Source: Vicugna vicugna
Taxonomy: Eukaryota
NCBI GenBank assembly: GCA_013265495.1
Contig: MU058844.1
Span: 7,935,260 to 7,999,259, forward strand
Direction: 5' to 3'
DNA: 64,000 bases
The position numbers and the translations under genes were made by a program. Shown piece after piece: positions 37,151 through 51,462 of the stretch; positions within the stretch are counted from its first letter, which is position 1; each line of letters opens with the position of its first letter. The notes under the pieces are model-generated. The model did not search any database, was not told the DNA's origin, and was given only the letters and a program-made list of their open reading frames with translations.

Positions 37151-40100
37151 CTACAGTCAGCTTTTTAAAATTACCAACAAACACCATGAGTAAGTGGCAC
37201 AGCTGACGTACACAAATAAAATGCACACTGAACCTAATAGGTAAGTTTGTGCATTGTCCATTCTTGTAGTTCACAGTAAACCCCCTGGTTCAGCCAACTG
37301 GTTAGCAGAAGAAATCAAAGGTCTGAATCCTGTGTAAGCCCAGCCAATTAGCCATCAAAACACAGTATGTTTTTCGATCATGACACACTGCTTCAGAAAA
37401 CCTTCCAAGATGGTAGGTGGTAAGAGCTAGAAGCTCTTGCAGATTGTGCTGTAGTTTGGTGACCATATTTGTAGGGTAGAGAACGCTATAGAAAAAGGAC
37501 AAATTCAACTTCATGATGATGTAGATAGCTCAACTATGATGTGAACAGTAGTACTTAATGCCTTGGGGTCCTGTCATTAAAATGGAGGGTTCTCTTGCAA
37601 CTGTGATGTTAAAGAAGCTTTTCAGAAAAGAAGATGGCAAAGAGGTCAGGGATAGAGGAGAAACAAAAATTAATTTTCTCAGTTAGAAAACCACATTCAG
37701 GTTTTAAAAGAGAAGGCAAACTAGCCATACCTATAAAATTGAATTTGCACTTCGGTCAAGGCAGATAAGAACTATAAAGACATATGCCATGCAACAAAAT
37801 AAATTACAGGAATAAGTGATGATAACATCTCTCTGGAGAGCAGGACAAATACTTTTTTCAATTTTTAAAGGAAAAATAATTAGAAACACTGCCATTTTTA
37901 ATGGGGTTATAGAGAAAGTAAAACCCTTGACTTAAGGCTCTACTGGACTCATGACATGTTACAATGTGCTGTTGCAATTTATATTCTCATAAATGTTGAA
38001 GTTCAATTTCAATATGTCAAAAAAAGTACTTTAGTCTGGTAGGAAACAGTAAAAATTCTCTCGCTAGGGTATTTAATGACGGTTTCCTCCACCAAGCTAC
38101 AGAATCACTTTGGTTCAGATTCATTTGGAAATTTGAACCAGAATTTGTTAGGTCATGCCCTGGAAGGGTTTTCTCCAGAGGAAAATAAAAGGCATGGAGG
38201 TAGGAAACGAGAGTAACTTAATACTACAAAGAAGTAATTGACTTTGATGCAGATCAACCAATAGACGTCTAACATAGAAAGCATAGCTACTACCTTTAAT
38301 ATTCATTTTTTTGTGGACAATCAAACTCATGAGGTAGATAAGGATCAAAAGAGAAAACAAGGAATTCACTAGGTAAAACGTCTTTAAAATAATAATCAAT
38401 GAAATTGAAAAAAGGCTTTTCCCCCTAAAAATGGTATGTTTTTCAAGTCTTCACTGTCTTCAGTCTTCAATTGTCAAAGAAAAATCTCTAGTTTAGAAGA
38501 TTTAGTTTCTTAAGCCAGAAGTAGAATTGATGATATTATAATGAAATAAAAATAGAGATAGTAGAACTTATTAGATTTATCATATAACTGAAAATTAATT
38601 TTGACTCTAGGACTTGGCTTCTAAAATTAAATGGTTTTTTTTATTGACTACTAATCAGTGGGCATTTGTGGCAACACATGGAAAACTGTAGGGAAAAGAG
38701 TATGTCCATTTTGTCCATGAAATCTTCATGGATAACCTGGTTTTACGCTCTACAAAGAGAGAAAATGCATGAGGAGCTGTCCAGTGTCTATTTTACAGCG
38801 TAAGCTCTACCACACACTCCCCTCTGCAAGAAGCATCCTGGGAGTGCTTAATAAATTTTAATTGCAAAGTGACTGAGTCATTAATCAACATTTGAAAACT
38901 GAGGAAATTAACAATATTCTACCTATTGCTTAGGGCATTCTATTAAATATTGTCTAGACATCAACCACTGGATTGTTAGAGACTGAATGCCAGACTCAGG
39001 TTCCCGCGACTATTGGGATCAAACTATTTAAAGAAGCTGATAAAATATATTTTTCCTGAATACCCATATTTTCTCTTTGTTCACTCTGTCCTTTCTGGGA
39101 CAGTAAATTCTCTATCTATGTATCACTGAAAAAATTCCATGGATTACTCCATTTTCCAGTTGCATCAATACCATGAATCAATTGCTATTATTAACCACAT
39201 TTCAAACATGATTAAAATGAGGCTTGGAGATGTTGATTACTCCCCCAAGGTAATACAGCAGGTAAGTGATTGAGCTTGGAATCAAGTACTCTAACGCAAA
39301 ATAGCTGAACAATAGGATATTTGTAAGAACCAGGATGTAGCAGAAGGACATGTAATACACTGTTCCGTGGTAGATGACTGCAACAATTCCTACATCAAAT
39401 ACTAAGCAAGGAATAAAGCATTCTTTTTGATTATTATTTTTTAAATGGTGATTTAGATGTCAGAAATGAGATGTGAAAAGGGGCGAACAGGGAGAACACC
39501 TGCAATCACAGGTTTCACTTTCTGCCCAACCCCAGCTCCCAAGCTGACAGCCGGGAGCTTCACCTGACCCAGGTGAGCAGAGGACAGTTTTTAGAACAAA
39601 CAGAGTGAAATGGACTTTTGAGTTCCGTCCCATGTACCTCGTCCTCTCCCAGAAAGGGGGGGGGGAAGGGAGGACCTCAAGGGAAAGGCAAAGAAATAGG
39701 GAATGAGACAAAGCAAGAACTGTGTTTGGAGACTTACTTTCTTACCCCCACGATCTCCCATGTTTGGTGTGAGGGTGGTCACAGTTAGACAGAGGGAGGA
39801 ACCATGAGTTTCTGACGGGTCCAAGTAGAAGACTCAGAAGGTGGGGAAAGGGGAAAGCTGTTGGCTCTGCCAAGAGATCCCCTAGGCCATATGGATGCAA
39901 GCTTGTGTTCTGGCCACAGCACACTTTACAAAGGCCAGGAATGAAATGGTGAGTAAGAAAAATTACTCTTACCAGCAAACAGCACTGGGTCCAGATGGGG
40001 AACTATCCTCATTTAACACGTCACCCTGAGAGTCGACATTACGTCCTATATCTAGAGAATACACAGGTAATCACTATACCAACAGCAGACTGATCAACTG

Positions 40101-42014
40101 GAGACCCATGGAGGCTCCTTGCTCATCATGAACTCCTGCCCACTGTGTAGGCGGGGCCCTGTCCCTCTGCCGTGATCTGTGGCTCCTCAGAGCCAGCAAA
40201 CGCACAGAGCTAGCGAAAGCCTAGATGGTGTCTGTAGACTGGACTACGGAGCAAACCTTGAATTCTGAAGAAATCACTGCACTAGGTTGTTATATTCATG
40301 ACGTCTTTAGATTCAGTTTTTCCATCTTCAGTGAAAAGGTAGGCTCAGAGCGAAAACGAACAGTAACAAAAGTCACAAACAAATGTCCTCGTTCGATTAC
40401 TACAGAATTCCGTTTTTGCACATGGGACTACGAAACTTACATCTGTTAAAAAATACAGAAATACATTTCACACAGCTAATGCCTCTCTCTCGTATTATTT
40501 TATGAGAGAAAAGTATCTTTTGAACACAGGGTTAGGGCTCAATATCCTTGTAAGAAAAGACGTATAAAAGAAATCTGAGAATCAATTACATTATGAAACA
40601 ACAACTTAATATACCCTATAAAATGTTTGAGGAGAATCTGATTAAAAGAATCATTGATGATTACCTACGTTTGTATGTATTCTGTGAGGATTATAAAATT
40701 AAAGGTTGGCAAATTTAAAATCACTTCCTTGAAAAACTAAAAAATAAAAAGTCAAGTAGCATTGAGAAGACTCCTTAACTATAATTATTAACAGTTGTCA
40801 ATTGTCAATCTTGAATTAAAATTATTTAATATGGATAATAACCACTGTTTGACTCATACAAAAGATAGTACTTTATTAAATAAAGTCTTGGTGATTATTT
40901 TCAAGGATAACTTATGAGCAGCATTTTTTTTCAAGAACTAGAGCTGTTTGTTCCTATATCATGAAAGTAGAGTGAACCCATAGCAAAGATATCCTGGGTC
41001 CCTGCCAACTTGCTAAACTTACACTTAGCTGTAAGTTACTCAAAGCAGAGCTAAATTTTAATTCTAGTTGATAAACTGTACAGTAGCAACCGCAGTAGAA
41101 CAGAAACAAACAAGAACATAAAAATGTAGAGAAAATCTTAAAATAGCAAAACCAGGGTCACATGTATGTAAAAATAATGAAGCAGGAAAGAGCCTTATAA
41201 TGAAACTCCTAGAGTACACCGTTTATGATCACCAAGCCTTCTTAAATAAAACTTCTCAGTCAGGACATCATGACCAGTAGGCAACTGTTGCAACACTAAA
41301 CATAAAGAACAGAGAGGCAGAGGAAATGGAGCAGTAACAGGAAAAGACTGCTGTTGGTTTAGTGTTACAAAAAGATTCCTTGAAGTCAGAAATTGCTTGA
41401 TGCGACCATTCTTTCATGGCCTCATATCTTTCAGGGCTGCTAAGGACAGGTGAAGCCGGTATCTAGAAAGATTACTAATGTACTGGATCTTGGTAATGTC
41501 AACTCTAACATTCCTCTATAGCAAATTACTTCTTATGTTCAAGGTGAAATGCTTGGGTGGGGATAAGGGGTTGAGAGGGATGAGAAGGAAATGCAAGATG
41601 CACCTTGCCTGCAGGGGTGGTCCAAGAACCAACATCATAAGCAACACCCGGGACTTGTTAGATGGGTAAAACCTCAGGTAGGCACCATCCAAACGCAAGA
41701 AATCAGAATATGCAGTTTCACAAGATGCCCGGGTGACTGACATATACATTCATGGCAGAGGGGCACTGGGTAGGGAAACGTCTACCTCCAACCTCATCTG
41801 CCAGCCCCTTTCCTTTAAAGACCTTATAACCCATGACTATCTAGTCGAAATAAGCCCCTCTTGACCAAAAGTTTGCGATAAACTACAATTTATAAGCGGA
41901 AAACCCACTAATTTTTCAAGTGGTCTTTGGTAATCTGGAAGTGTCGAAGAAGCAAGCAAATGGCTTAGAGGGCCTTGGAGATGCATGCATCTCCAATGTC
42001 CAACCTGTATATGC

Positions 42015-42036
42015 GTGTGTGTGTGTGTGTGTGTGT
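42015..42036. repeat. (GT)11 microsatellite
   Basis: Direct reading. Confidence 0.95.
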
Positions 42037-42574
42037 TTCCACAATCTGCGCCGAGAAAATAAAACGATTTTGTTCCTTTATCACTTAAAAACTTGAATTT
42101 CATGTCACTTTCAGTGAAATTATTTGAGAATGAAAATTGAAAGGTAATTCTTTCTCATATATTCACTCTACTCTCTAGCAGCTTGAGAAACCATGGGAAC
42201 CAGTTGGCAGAGTGCAATTTTGCTTTCTTTACTTTAGGAAGCAGTGATGATGTGGGCCCTTACACTTGGAAAAAAGGTAACTGCACACTTATCTCAGCAG
42301 TGTGTCCTTCTTCAGACAACATACCATGATAGTATTTCTAAAATCTTAATATCCCTTCGGGAGTACAGACTTAAATTTCTCTCTCCTATGGCTATAAATC
42401 TACTTTCTAAAATTAACTATAAAGGGATAATTTAATAACTTTGGAAAGATTTATGTAAGACTTAGACATTTGATGACCTATTATTCTCTATAAATCCTGT
42501 TTCCATTAATAAACTGAGGAATCACAGCTTCTAGGTAATCCCCCAGTTACAAAGATATGACAGAGCCAATGAGA

Positions 42575-42715
42575 CACAGTGAAAACAGTATTATACTTGG
42601 TCAGAATACACTAAGTTTAAATTTCAGCTTTGCCAACTGTGGGAAATAGCAATCTTCTTTGACCCTCAGTCTCTTCTTCATCTGTAAAACGGGAATAGTG
42701 GTGTCTATTTCACAT
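42575..42715 (+). mobile_element. MIR fragment
   Basis: CTCAGTCTCTTCTTCATCTGTAAAACGGGAATAGT core. Confidence 0.65.
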
Positions 42716-43199
42716 ATATGCAATTATAACTAAGAGGGTGACATATAAAATAAAAAATATGGTGCCAGGCAGATAGGAGATACTCCAATAAATGCTACTT
42801 TTGTTCCTTCATTACCCTGTAAGTGGATTAAAAAAAAAAAACAAAAACAACTTTCCACCACAGCCCATGAAATATGTGAATAAGTTAAGTCTGTTTTAGT
42901 GCCTCTAGACTTCCTCTCAGGTGTAAAATATCTTCCTGCACTTTCTAGCTTCCCCAGTTCTGGGAGAAAATTGAATAAACCCATTCATGCTTCTAACAGA
43001 ATAACTGATTCAATAATTTCCTTTCCCAACTCTATAGACATACCTCTACTTAGTTTTAGTATTTTAAAATCTTTTGATATTTTCCTTTGATGATAACCAA
43101 TCTGCTTTTTTTTTTTTTTATGCTCTCATCTGGAAACATTCAGTACTTTTTCCATTTTAAGTACTAGAAGTGTCAACACGTGTGGTCACCATTCATTAT

Positions 43200-43680
43200 G
43201 TGAGGTCATTCAACATCTGTGATCACCCTCCCTGGAAATATATTTGGTAATTGGCCATAATGTGGGTCCTGTCTTCCTGAACCAGGCAGAAACCAGAAAT
43301 TCCCTCATCTTCCAACTTTCTTTCAGCCAAGGTATCAGCACATGACCCAGGTTCCACCAATCATAGGCAACCTCAAAAGACTCAAAGTCAGATGAAAGCA
43401 TCATGGGGAGACAGCTGTACCCAGAAGAATCATCTTCTAACGAACATGGTGCTTGCTCTACTTGGTTCCTCGTGGGTGGTGGTGGGAGAGCTCCAGACTG
43501 GAAAAGCTGCTAAGCCTCAAGGAAAGCCTGGTGGTTGGGCATTATTTCTGGCTGTGTAGAGTGCTCTTGAGCCTGTGGGAGAGTCTGGGGGCTATAGAAG
43601 ACTCTTCAGTAAATCCTGTTTCTGCTTAAACTGGCAAGAGTGGATGCTTTTGTTTGCAAGTAAAAACCGTGACCCATACA
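43200..43680 (+). mobile_element. LTR33-like ERVL LTR
   Basis: CACATGACCCAGGTTCCACCAATCA; 3' end AGTAAATCCTGTTTCTGCTTAAACTGGCAAGAGTGGATGCTTTTGTTTGCAAG...ATACA. Confidence 0.7.
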
Positions 43681-43854
43681 AGTAGACAATTTTAGGAGCA
43701 GATTTATTTTCATTAATTTTGCTTTCAATATGATGATTAAAGACTTTCTTCTTATCTTGGAAATTTTCTCTATTTGTTGATGATTGCTTATCTGCTCCAT
43801 GTTCTCCTTCAGAAATTTTCTATTTACATTAACTTTATATAACTAAACAAATGA

Positions 43855-44082
43855 AATTATATATGTATATATGCTGTATATAACTACATACCCATATATA
43901 CAGCTTACAATTATACACATATTTATATATACACAGACAAAAGTATATATCACATATTACATAAACACTACATATATACTATACATATGTGTATATATTT
44001 AACTATATGTAGTATATACAACTATAGTTGTATATACTACATATAATTGTACAAACATATGTATATGAGTATATATACACTA
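43855..44082. repeat. (TA/CA)-rich low-complexity tract containing a 42-bp perfect palindrome
   Basis: Direct reading; palindrome at 44004-44045. Confidence 0.9.
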
Positions 44083-44311
44083 TTATCAATCTATCTTCAA
44101 TCTTTCATCCTTTCAGTTATCATTTTTCATGTTTTTAGTATTTTCCATTAAGTTCTAGGAAAATATATATAACGTAAATTATCAATCTATTAATTATACA
44201 TTGTCTTCACTATAGTTATTAACTCAGAGAGTCTATTACTTGCTTAGTAATATTTTATGATGTTTTATATAGCTCCTCTTTCCAATCTATTTTATTTTCA
44301 CAGATATATTC

Positions 44312-44675
44312 TGTATCAGTTAGGACAGGTTAGGGTACCCTGCGATAATAAACACATCCTAAATCTCAGTGAATTAAGACAAAATTTATTTTGCACTCAG
44401 TCAGCCTATCCAGTGTAGGGGAGAGGGGAGGTTTGTCTCTCTTTGCTTATTTCAGCATCTATTTCCACAATTTCCAAGGCAGAAAAAGGGAAAAGCACTG
44501 ACTTTTACAGTTTTGGCTCAGAAGTGACATACATCACATTCACACACAATGACCCCATTAAGACCTACGAAGTTCTTCAACTTGGAAGAAGGCAAGAAAG
44601 TGCAATCCTATTATGCCTTCCAAAGGTGAAAGGCCAAATATATTTGGTGAATAGCATCAGTATTTCCTTATCACA
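44312..44675 (-). mobile_element. MaLR LTR (MLT1K/J-like)
   Basis: TGTATCAGTTAGGACAGGTTAGG..AAATCTCAGTG..AAAATTTATT..CAGAAGTGACATACATCAC. Confidence 0.7.
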
Positions 44676-46199
44676 CAGTGTTCTTGCCAATCACTGTGAC
44701 AACAGGAATTAGAAATGTTTTAACTCCAGACAGAAAAGATCTTTATCCATGATTGGGAATTAAATGAGTCTGTTAGAAATTTCTGAAATTTCAAGCCTCT
44801 TGAAGGTTCCAGTAAGATAAAGATTTTGCTCCTTGATGGCCTCTTCCAAGTAGGATGACTTTTTTTTTTTTCTGACATTTGTGATAAACAGGTTTTTTTC
44901 CTCATTAATAGATTCTTTGGGTCATTTCATTGAGAAATAGTCAAGGAAAGAGAAGTTAAATAAGTGTGCTTCAAACCCTATCTTGAACTGTAACATTTTC
45001 TAAATTGCTGATTTTGGATGTTAGGTCAATCATGAATCTGGCTAACCAAGACACAACCAGGGAGACATCTGCCCTCTCTCACACCCAACTGATCACCAAA
45101 CCTTGCCAATACTGTCTCCTCTGAATATCTTAGAAAAGAACACAGCTCTTGAAGAAAATATTAATACCAATGCAGTTTAGAACAATTTGGCATCCCCAGG
45201 GCGCCATGTTAGATGTAACATTGAATAAGCAAAATCTTGGCAGCTAACCATTCTGATAAGGCTGTATTCAAGGGAAAAACTAATAACCTTTCTTATTCTT
45301 TTCAGCAAAGTCCAAAATGCTCTTGATTAATAAAGAAAGAGGCTGGAGTTCAGCTTGCACAGTAAGCATTCAAGAAATACTTGAATTTGTCAGAGATGAA
45401 AAAATAAGTAAAAACATTCATAGGGACTGCCACCGAGTTGAACATGATATGGCCAGGCTGCTGTGGTCATACTTGCAATCAATATAGAAAGGCACTGACT
45501 GAATGTAAGTTAACGAGGAATGCAGACTGCAGAAAGCTAGAGAAGGTTTTGAAAAAGAAATCCTAAAGATTTCCACATTGCCAATGTATAACAAAAACTT
45601 TCCGCTGGTTTCTAGCACTATGGTAACTAAGGTAAAGTTACCAATGATAAATTTAACAAGGACATTTTTTATAATGTTCTTATAACGTGTTTCCACTGGT
45701 AGACCTTGAATTTCAGCTACTGATTTACTAGGTAGCAAAACGCCTTGCTGATGAAAGTATCTATTATTATCAAGATGAATTAGCTTGTAGAAACTTGTGC
45801 ATTCTCATCCTTGCAAATGTTTTGTTGTGATTAAAAGCACAGTATTTTATTCATGAAGAACACAAAAGTCCTCTTTCCAATAACAGCACCTAGCCTTGTC
45901 ATGTAAAATTACAGTGTCTTTTGAAAATTATCCTTCCATTGAAGGTTCTTGCAAACTAGCTACAGTTTATTTTAAAAATATATCAACAACAAATTGAACC
46001 CTGATTTCTCCTTGTAGATATCTGCACTAATATGGAGTGAGGGTATGCAACTGAAACCTCACAGTACATGCTTTCCACTCAAATAAATTTTGAATTTTTT
46101 ATTTAAAACTTACTAAAAGCCAAGGAGGAAACCACTAAAATACAGTTATAACAATAATCTCAAATTATAAATCCAAGGTAATCTATAAAACTTGCTTTA

Positions 46200-46566
46200 A
46201 CTATTGGTTCCTGGGGGAGAGGGGTAGGTAGAAGGCTGTGGTTATAAAAGAACAAGAGGTATGCTTGTGGTGATGGAAACTGTCTGCATTTTGACTGGAG
46301 TGATGGATACATAAAACAATACATGTGATAAAAGTGCACACAAGTAAATACACACAGATACAAAGATACACAGGGGTACAAGTGAAACTGGGGAAACCCA
46401 ATAAAACCAGTGGGTGGACTGCATCAGTATCAATCTCTTGGTTTTGAGACTGACCGTATGGTAGTTCTATAAGATATTACCATTGGGGAAACTAGATAAA
46501 TGGTATAGGAACTTTTCTGTGTTATTTCTGAACTGCATGCAAATCTACAATGATCTCAAAAAAAAA
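46200..46566 (+). mobile_element. L1MD-like 3' end
   Basis: GTGGTGATGGAAACTGTCTGCATTTTGACT, AGATATTACCATTGGGGAAACT, ACTGCATGCAAATCTACAATGATCTCAAAAAAAA. Confidence 0.8.
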
Positions 46567-47529
46567 TTTTTTTAATGTTCCTCTACTTTTCTCAAAAGTC
46601 CATGTTTTAAAACCATCTAAATGTGGACCAACTCCTTTGTTATTTTCCGTCTCATGTAAGAGTAATCTACGTAATTAGAAACTTGTCCCTAGAAGCCAGG
46701 CTCAGAGCTCATAGTGTGAACATCACCTAATGAAGCATGTAAGTGGAGATTTAACAAAGTGAAATCCAGACAAGAGTGTGTGAAAAGGGGTATATGTATG
46801 GCTAATAGAACGAATAATACTTTTTAAACAATTGTTTAAAACATTTGAGTTTCTTAAAACATTCATCTTTAAACACATTGACTTTCATTTTATATTCACA
46901 AAATAATTGTTGATCTGCCTTTTAATCGTTTTGCCACTACTGTAATTAGCTTTTAAAATAATCTTTCTGAAAACATAAGCACTAATGGTCTAAAAACATA
47001 TTGTTTCAATATATAGCAGCAGTGCCAATTATAGGGCCATTCTGAGAATTTCATAAGCCTTAAGTATATTTGTATTTTATAATCAGCTCCACTACCAAGC
47101 ATAATAAAATGTATCCACACGCCCTAGTCAATATAATTAATATAAAATCACAAATACTGAGATGCAGTTGACTAACTGACATAATATTTAGCTTTGGAGA
47201 CACTGAACTAGACAGATATTAATTTCAACTTTGCAATTTTCTTTTTGTGTTTTAGGGCCAATAATTTTTGAAGGAAAGGGGAAAGGGACCCTAATAATTT
47301 TCAGAGAGTCCTAAAAGCTCATATATCCCATGTGCTGTGCACATAAACAATAATGAATTAAACAGACCTAATTTTAACACGGTTAAGTAGCATAATTCTC
47401 TTAATTTTCTTTCAAAATGTGCAATAAGGCGGCACGGTACAGAAATTAATATAATTAATTTAATTCTATTAGTTTTATATAATTAAAGCTATAGTGTGGG
47501 TCTTTTAAGGTACAGTGGCAAAAGCTAAC

Positions 47530-47644
47530 CTGAGCATGTGGGCAGCATTGAAGACCACATCAAACTCTGTGCTGTCCAGTTCAGCTGCTTTTTTTGCCAT
47601 CTCGGCTGCTTCTATGAGGCGAGCTTCTTCCAGAAGAAACTGAC
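47530..47644 (-). CDS. TMTC2: TMTC2 internal coding exon (115 bp; probably exon 10), (G)QFLLEEARLIEAAEMAKKAAELDSTEFDVVFNAAHML(R)
   Basis: Minus strand reads ctactttgcag|GT CAG TTT...ATG CTC AG|gttagc. 2+111+2 nt, open, and in frame with both flanking exons. Confidence 0.96.
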
Positions 47645-48772
47645 CTGCAAAGTAGGAAGTCAAGTGAGTTTAAACTTGGAGTAATAATCCTGTGAAACAA
47701 TTAAAGCTGCTGTAAGAGAAAAGTGTAAGTACAGTGGGAAGGGTGATATAAAGCAAAGATTTATGCGTGCTCGACATCTGTGTGCTTATTATTCAGTCAC
47801 ATTTTATATGCTTTTTCCTTCATTGCAGGACATCACATTGTACCCAGTGTGGTACATTAACAACATTTTTTTCCTTACAAATCCTCCATAGACTACTGAG
47901 GCAAGAAATACAATGAACAAATTTAGGGATATATTACAAATATGAACATTTTAAAAATACATACATAAAAAAGACTGCTGGGAAGATTATGTTTTCTGAT
48001 GGTCAAAGTATTTGCAGTTGAAGGCACTATATTAGCTCCACTGCTAAATCTACAGCCTGGGTGTAACTTATTTCAATAAGCCACCAATCAACTGGTTTAA
48101 ACACCATTTGTTGCACCTATAAAGTTGTCACTACAATAATCATATGTTGTACCACTAGTATAAAATTTAATTATTAGCTTTAAGCCTCTGAGATCCTAAG
48201 ATGATAGATGCTTTGTAGGAAAAAAAAAAAGATACATTACAAGATACATTTGATTTTAATTACTGGTCCTTTAAAACAGCTTCTGTCTCTGATGCATATG
48301 CACAAACAGGGCTATCTCTACTGATTAATGTAACTGATTTAAGTTACATTAAAATTGCTAAAAGAACAAAAAAAAAGGTCGGTTTAGCATTACCTTAATT
48401 AGGCTGACTAATAAACATGGAAGAAATACTGACAAACTCAGATTTTTGAGATTACTTTCACGTTAGTTTTGCAAGGTTAGGATTATCGTGCATAGAATCA
48501 CACAATTCTTTAAAACTGTACCTCGAGAATTGTTACATGATACTATTCCAGAATCATACTGTAAATTCAAAGAAAACAACATAAAAGTTGGCCCCAATTT
48601 TAAGGCTGTAAGTAAACAGAGAGAACAGGCTGCTTTTTTATAGCTGGGGATTTATTAACAGCAAAAGTAGTGATGTTAACCCTTATCTGATACAGATACT
48701 AAAATGAAAATCTAATCAACAGATGACAGAGATACGCAGAAACCATTCGCACAGCTGACAGGCTTCAGAGGT

Positions 48773-48858
48773 ATTTTTTAACAGAGATACTGGGGATTGA
48801 ACCCGGGACCTCGTGCATGCTAAGGACACACTCTACCACTGAGCTATGCCCTCCCCCC
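48773..48858 (-). mobile_element. tRNA-Ala-derived camelid-type SINE (Vic-1-like)
   Basis: Reverse complement GGGGAGGGCATAGCTCAGTGGTAGAGTGTGTCCTTAGCATGCACGAGGTCCCGGGTTCAATCCCCAGTATCTCTGTTAAAAAA; same family as 32932. Confidence 0.85.
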
Positions 48859-51009
48859 TTAGAGTTGTTTTCTATTTATTATTTCTTTTTGCTCTGAGAT
48901 TCCTGTTTGCTTAAAGTTTAAGACTTTAACTGTATGGAAAATAGTTATAAAAATGATTTGCAAATCCCAAGCTACACATGGAAACAGAAAAACTTTAAGA
49001 CTGGTAAGTCCTCCCGCCCCATGCCTGTTAGAAGCGCCCACTGTTTACGGCTTATCAAATAAATTTACCAATTGTCTTCTGACCTCAAGGAGCAGTTCTT
49101 GCGATACAAGGGGAAATTTTCCATTTTAAGGATTTACAGTAAACCGCAGCCACCGCTTCTACTTCGGCATTTCTAAACTTCAGCTGGGAAGGAGTGGTAA
49201 GTAAAGACAGACCTGGGATTCTCATCCTATTTTTTAAAAGGAAGAGACACAAGTCTTCAGACCGGGAGTTGGAGATCCTTCAGTTATTTCTATAAAAAGT
49301 TTGTATTACTTTCTTAGTTTGTCACCTAACATTTGGTGCCTTTCTCATCTCCCAAAACAAACATAATTGTTGGGTCAAAAAATAATTAAGAAAACAGAGT
49401 TGTAAGCAGTTGTGTTTATAAGTAGAAAAATGTATTACTTATGAAATTCATGTAGAGGTTAACTCTACAAACATGTTGATATGAAATTCAACTTAAAGTA
49501 TATGTGGTTTTAAAAAAGTAAAGTAAAAATCAGATATTCTGTGGCATACTGAATAATTAATATCTCCTCATCTATATCTTAGTAAAGGACCCTAGGCTAA
49601 CCTCATTTTTCAGTTAGCTATGTTTATTAGAGATTAAAAAAATTAAAAGAATATTAATTGCTACCTGTTTTCAAGGCATATATATCTAATTAAATGCATT
49701 CATAAATATATTAATTAGTCATGTGATATTTAAACAAAAAATAACGGAGGAATTTATTGTTCTTTTTCATTTTCAGACAGCTATTCATTCTAAAATATAT
49801 TCTGTATTAATAGTTAGGAAAATGCAACAATGAATGGAATAATTAAGGTTATTTTCTTAAAATTCATTACTCCAGATGGTAAGAGGGAAAAGGAGATATA
49901 TTAGCCCTGGTTAAAAAAAAAAAGAAAAGAAAAAGAGGAATGATGTCTATACTGTCCATACATAAACAGAGAGGGGTAGTGACAAGAAGTCTATGTGAAG
50001 AAGACAGTGATATTCAGTGGCTAACAGGACAGTTTACATGCAAGTTTCAGGGCAGAGCCTTTCAAGTTTTGTTAATGCTGAACACTTCTCCGATGCTCAT
50101 CAATAAAAATTCATTAGCTAGCTGTGTAAAATCAAATATACAATTTTTAAAATATTTCCTTATGCCACAGAACATACACTTTGCAGCAGCTTCCAAGATC
50201 TCAGAGCTACATTTAAAACAGTAGAATTCATTTAATTGTATTAACACTCAGAAAAAAAAAAAAAACAGTTACACAACACATTAGTAAGGTATTTGCCTAA
50301 TTCCCACCATTTTGTTCTCGACGGGGCCACATATCTCAGTAGTCCAGCCTTAGCATTCTGCTCTGATAAAGGCATAAAACATTATGGAGTGTGAATCATT
50401 TGGGATCTTTTTTTCTAACTGAATTTGAAAATCTGAACCAAAGGTGAAAGTAAATGATCATTCTGCTATGTTATACAATGATTGGTTGTTGAAAGAGTCC
50501 ACAATTGATGGAAAATAGTCACAAGGATTTCAAACACACAGAATCAGCATAAATAAGGAAACAAAGACATACTAGGTTTCTTCTAAATAATTATCTGAAA
50601 GAGCCTACACTGGTATGTTATCAGGGGACTAATAGGAAACACAATTTGCCCTTTCTCCTCAAAGACTTCACCTCAGATCACTCCTCTGCCCCCAGCTTCT
50701 TCTGTTATTGCTCCCACTGGACCCTGGCTCTAGACTCTGAACTACTTCCACTTACCTTAGTCCCTTAATCTGATGTTTCACAACCTTATTTGTCCTGAAC
50801 TCTCATTCTGTAAGGTTTCTCTGCCGTGCCCTACCCCAGCCTCCAGTCCGGTCTTGCCTATCTATTGCAATAGGATACCTTTCATTTTTATTCCCTAAAA
50901 CATGTCCTTCTTGGTGAATCCTTCTTTGACCACTTTCCAAGTGTTAGAACTACTTATGATGTAAGTTCACTGTAACGTAACTTACCAGCTAAACTAGAGC
51001 ACTTAAAAG

Positions 51010-51090
51010 AGTGAAAGGGAGTGGTATTACTAATTGTGCTGGAACAAGGGGGGATAAACCAGAATTGTCCCAGTATGGCTGCTCCACTTA
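51010..51090. mobile_element. MER81-like hAT-Blackjack fragment
   Basis: AAAGGGAGTGGTATTACTAATTGTGCTGGAACAAGG..TAAACCAGAATTGTCCC. Confidence 0.5.
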
Positions 51091-51462
51091 CAGCCTATGT
51101 GCTAGGGCTGTGGATCTCAGTCCTCCAGACTTGGTTGCTCCTCTGAAGTGAACTGTTTTACACAATAAGGCACTGATTTATTGTTAGGAGAAATGATCAA
51201 TACTAGCAAGTGAGACAGAGGTGCTCTCCATCAAAGAACATAAAGTCGTGCCCAACAAGACTGAGCCAGGTCCTGAAGCCAGGTGGGCAGGAGCTGCTAT
51301 GGGGGTTCCGGGGGTAGGGGGACAGACTACAAGTTGCAGCCAGGACACCATAGGGACTGAAGGGTGTTAGAAAAGAAAAGCAAGAAAACTTGAGGAGGGC
51401 AGGCATTCTGGGGAGTCTACCGGCATTGGTGGTTTCTGTAAAGCCTCAAAGGTTGCCCACTT

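Larger units (their letters stand above)
36217..47529 (-). other. TMTC2: TMTC2 intron (~11.3 kb)
   Basis: GT(TAGC)...AACAG boundaries between two in-phase exons. Confidence 0.9.

Noticed and set aside
48785..48858. tRNA-Ala(AGC) gene
   Set aside because: It has an extra 5' GGGGA leader, mismatched acceptor and anticodon stems and an A-tail, and a diverged sibling sits at 32932. This fits a tRNA-derived SINE.
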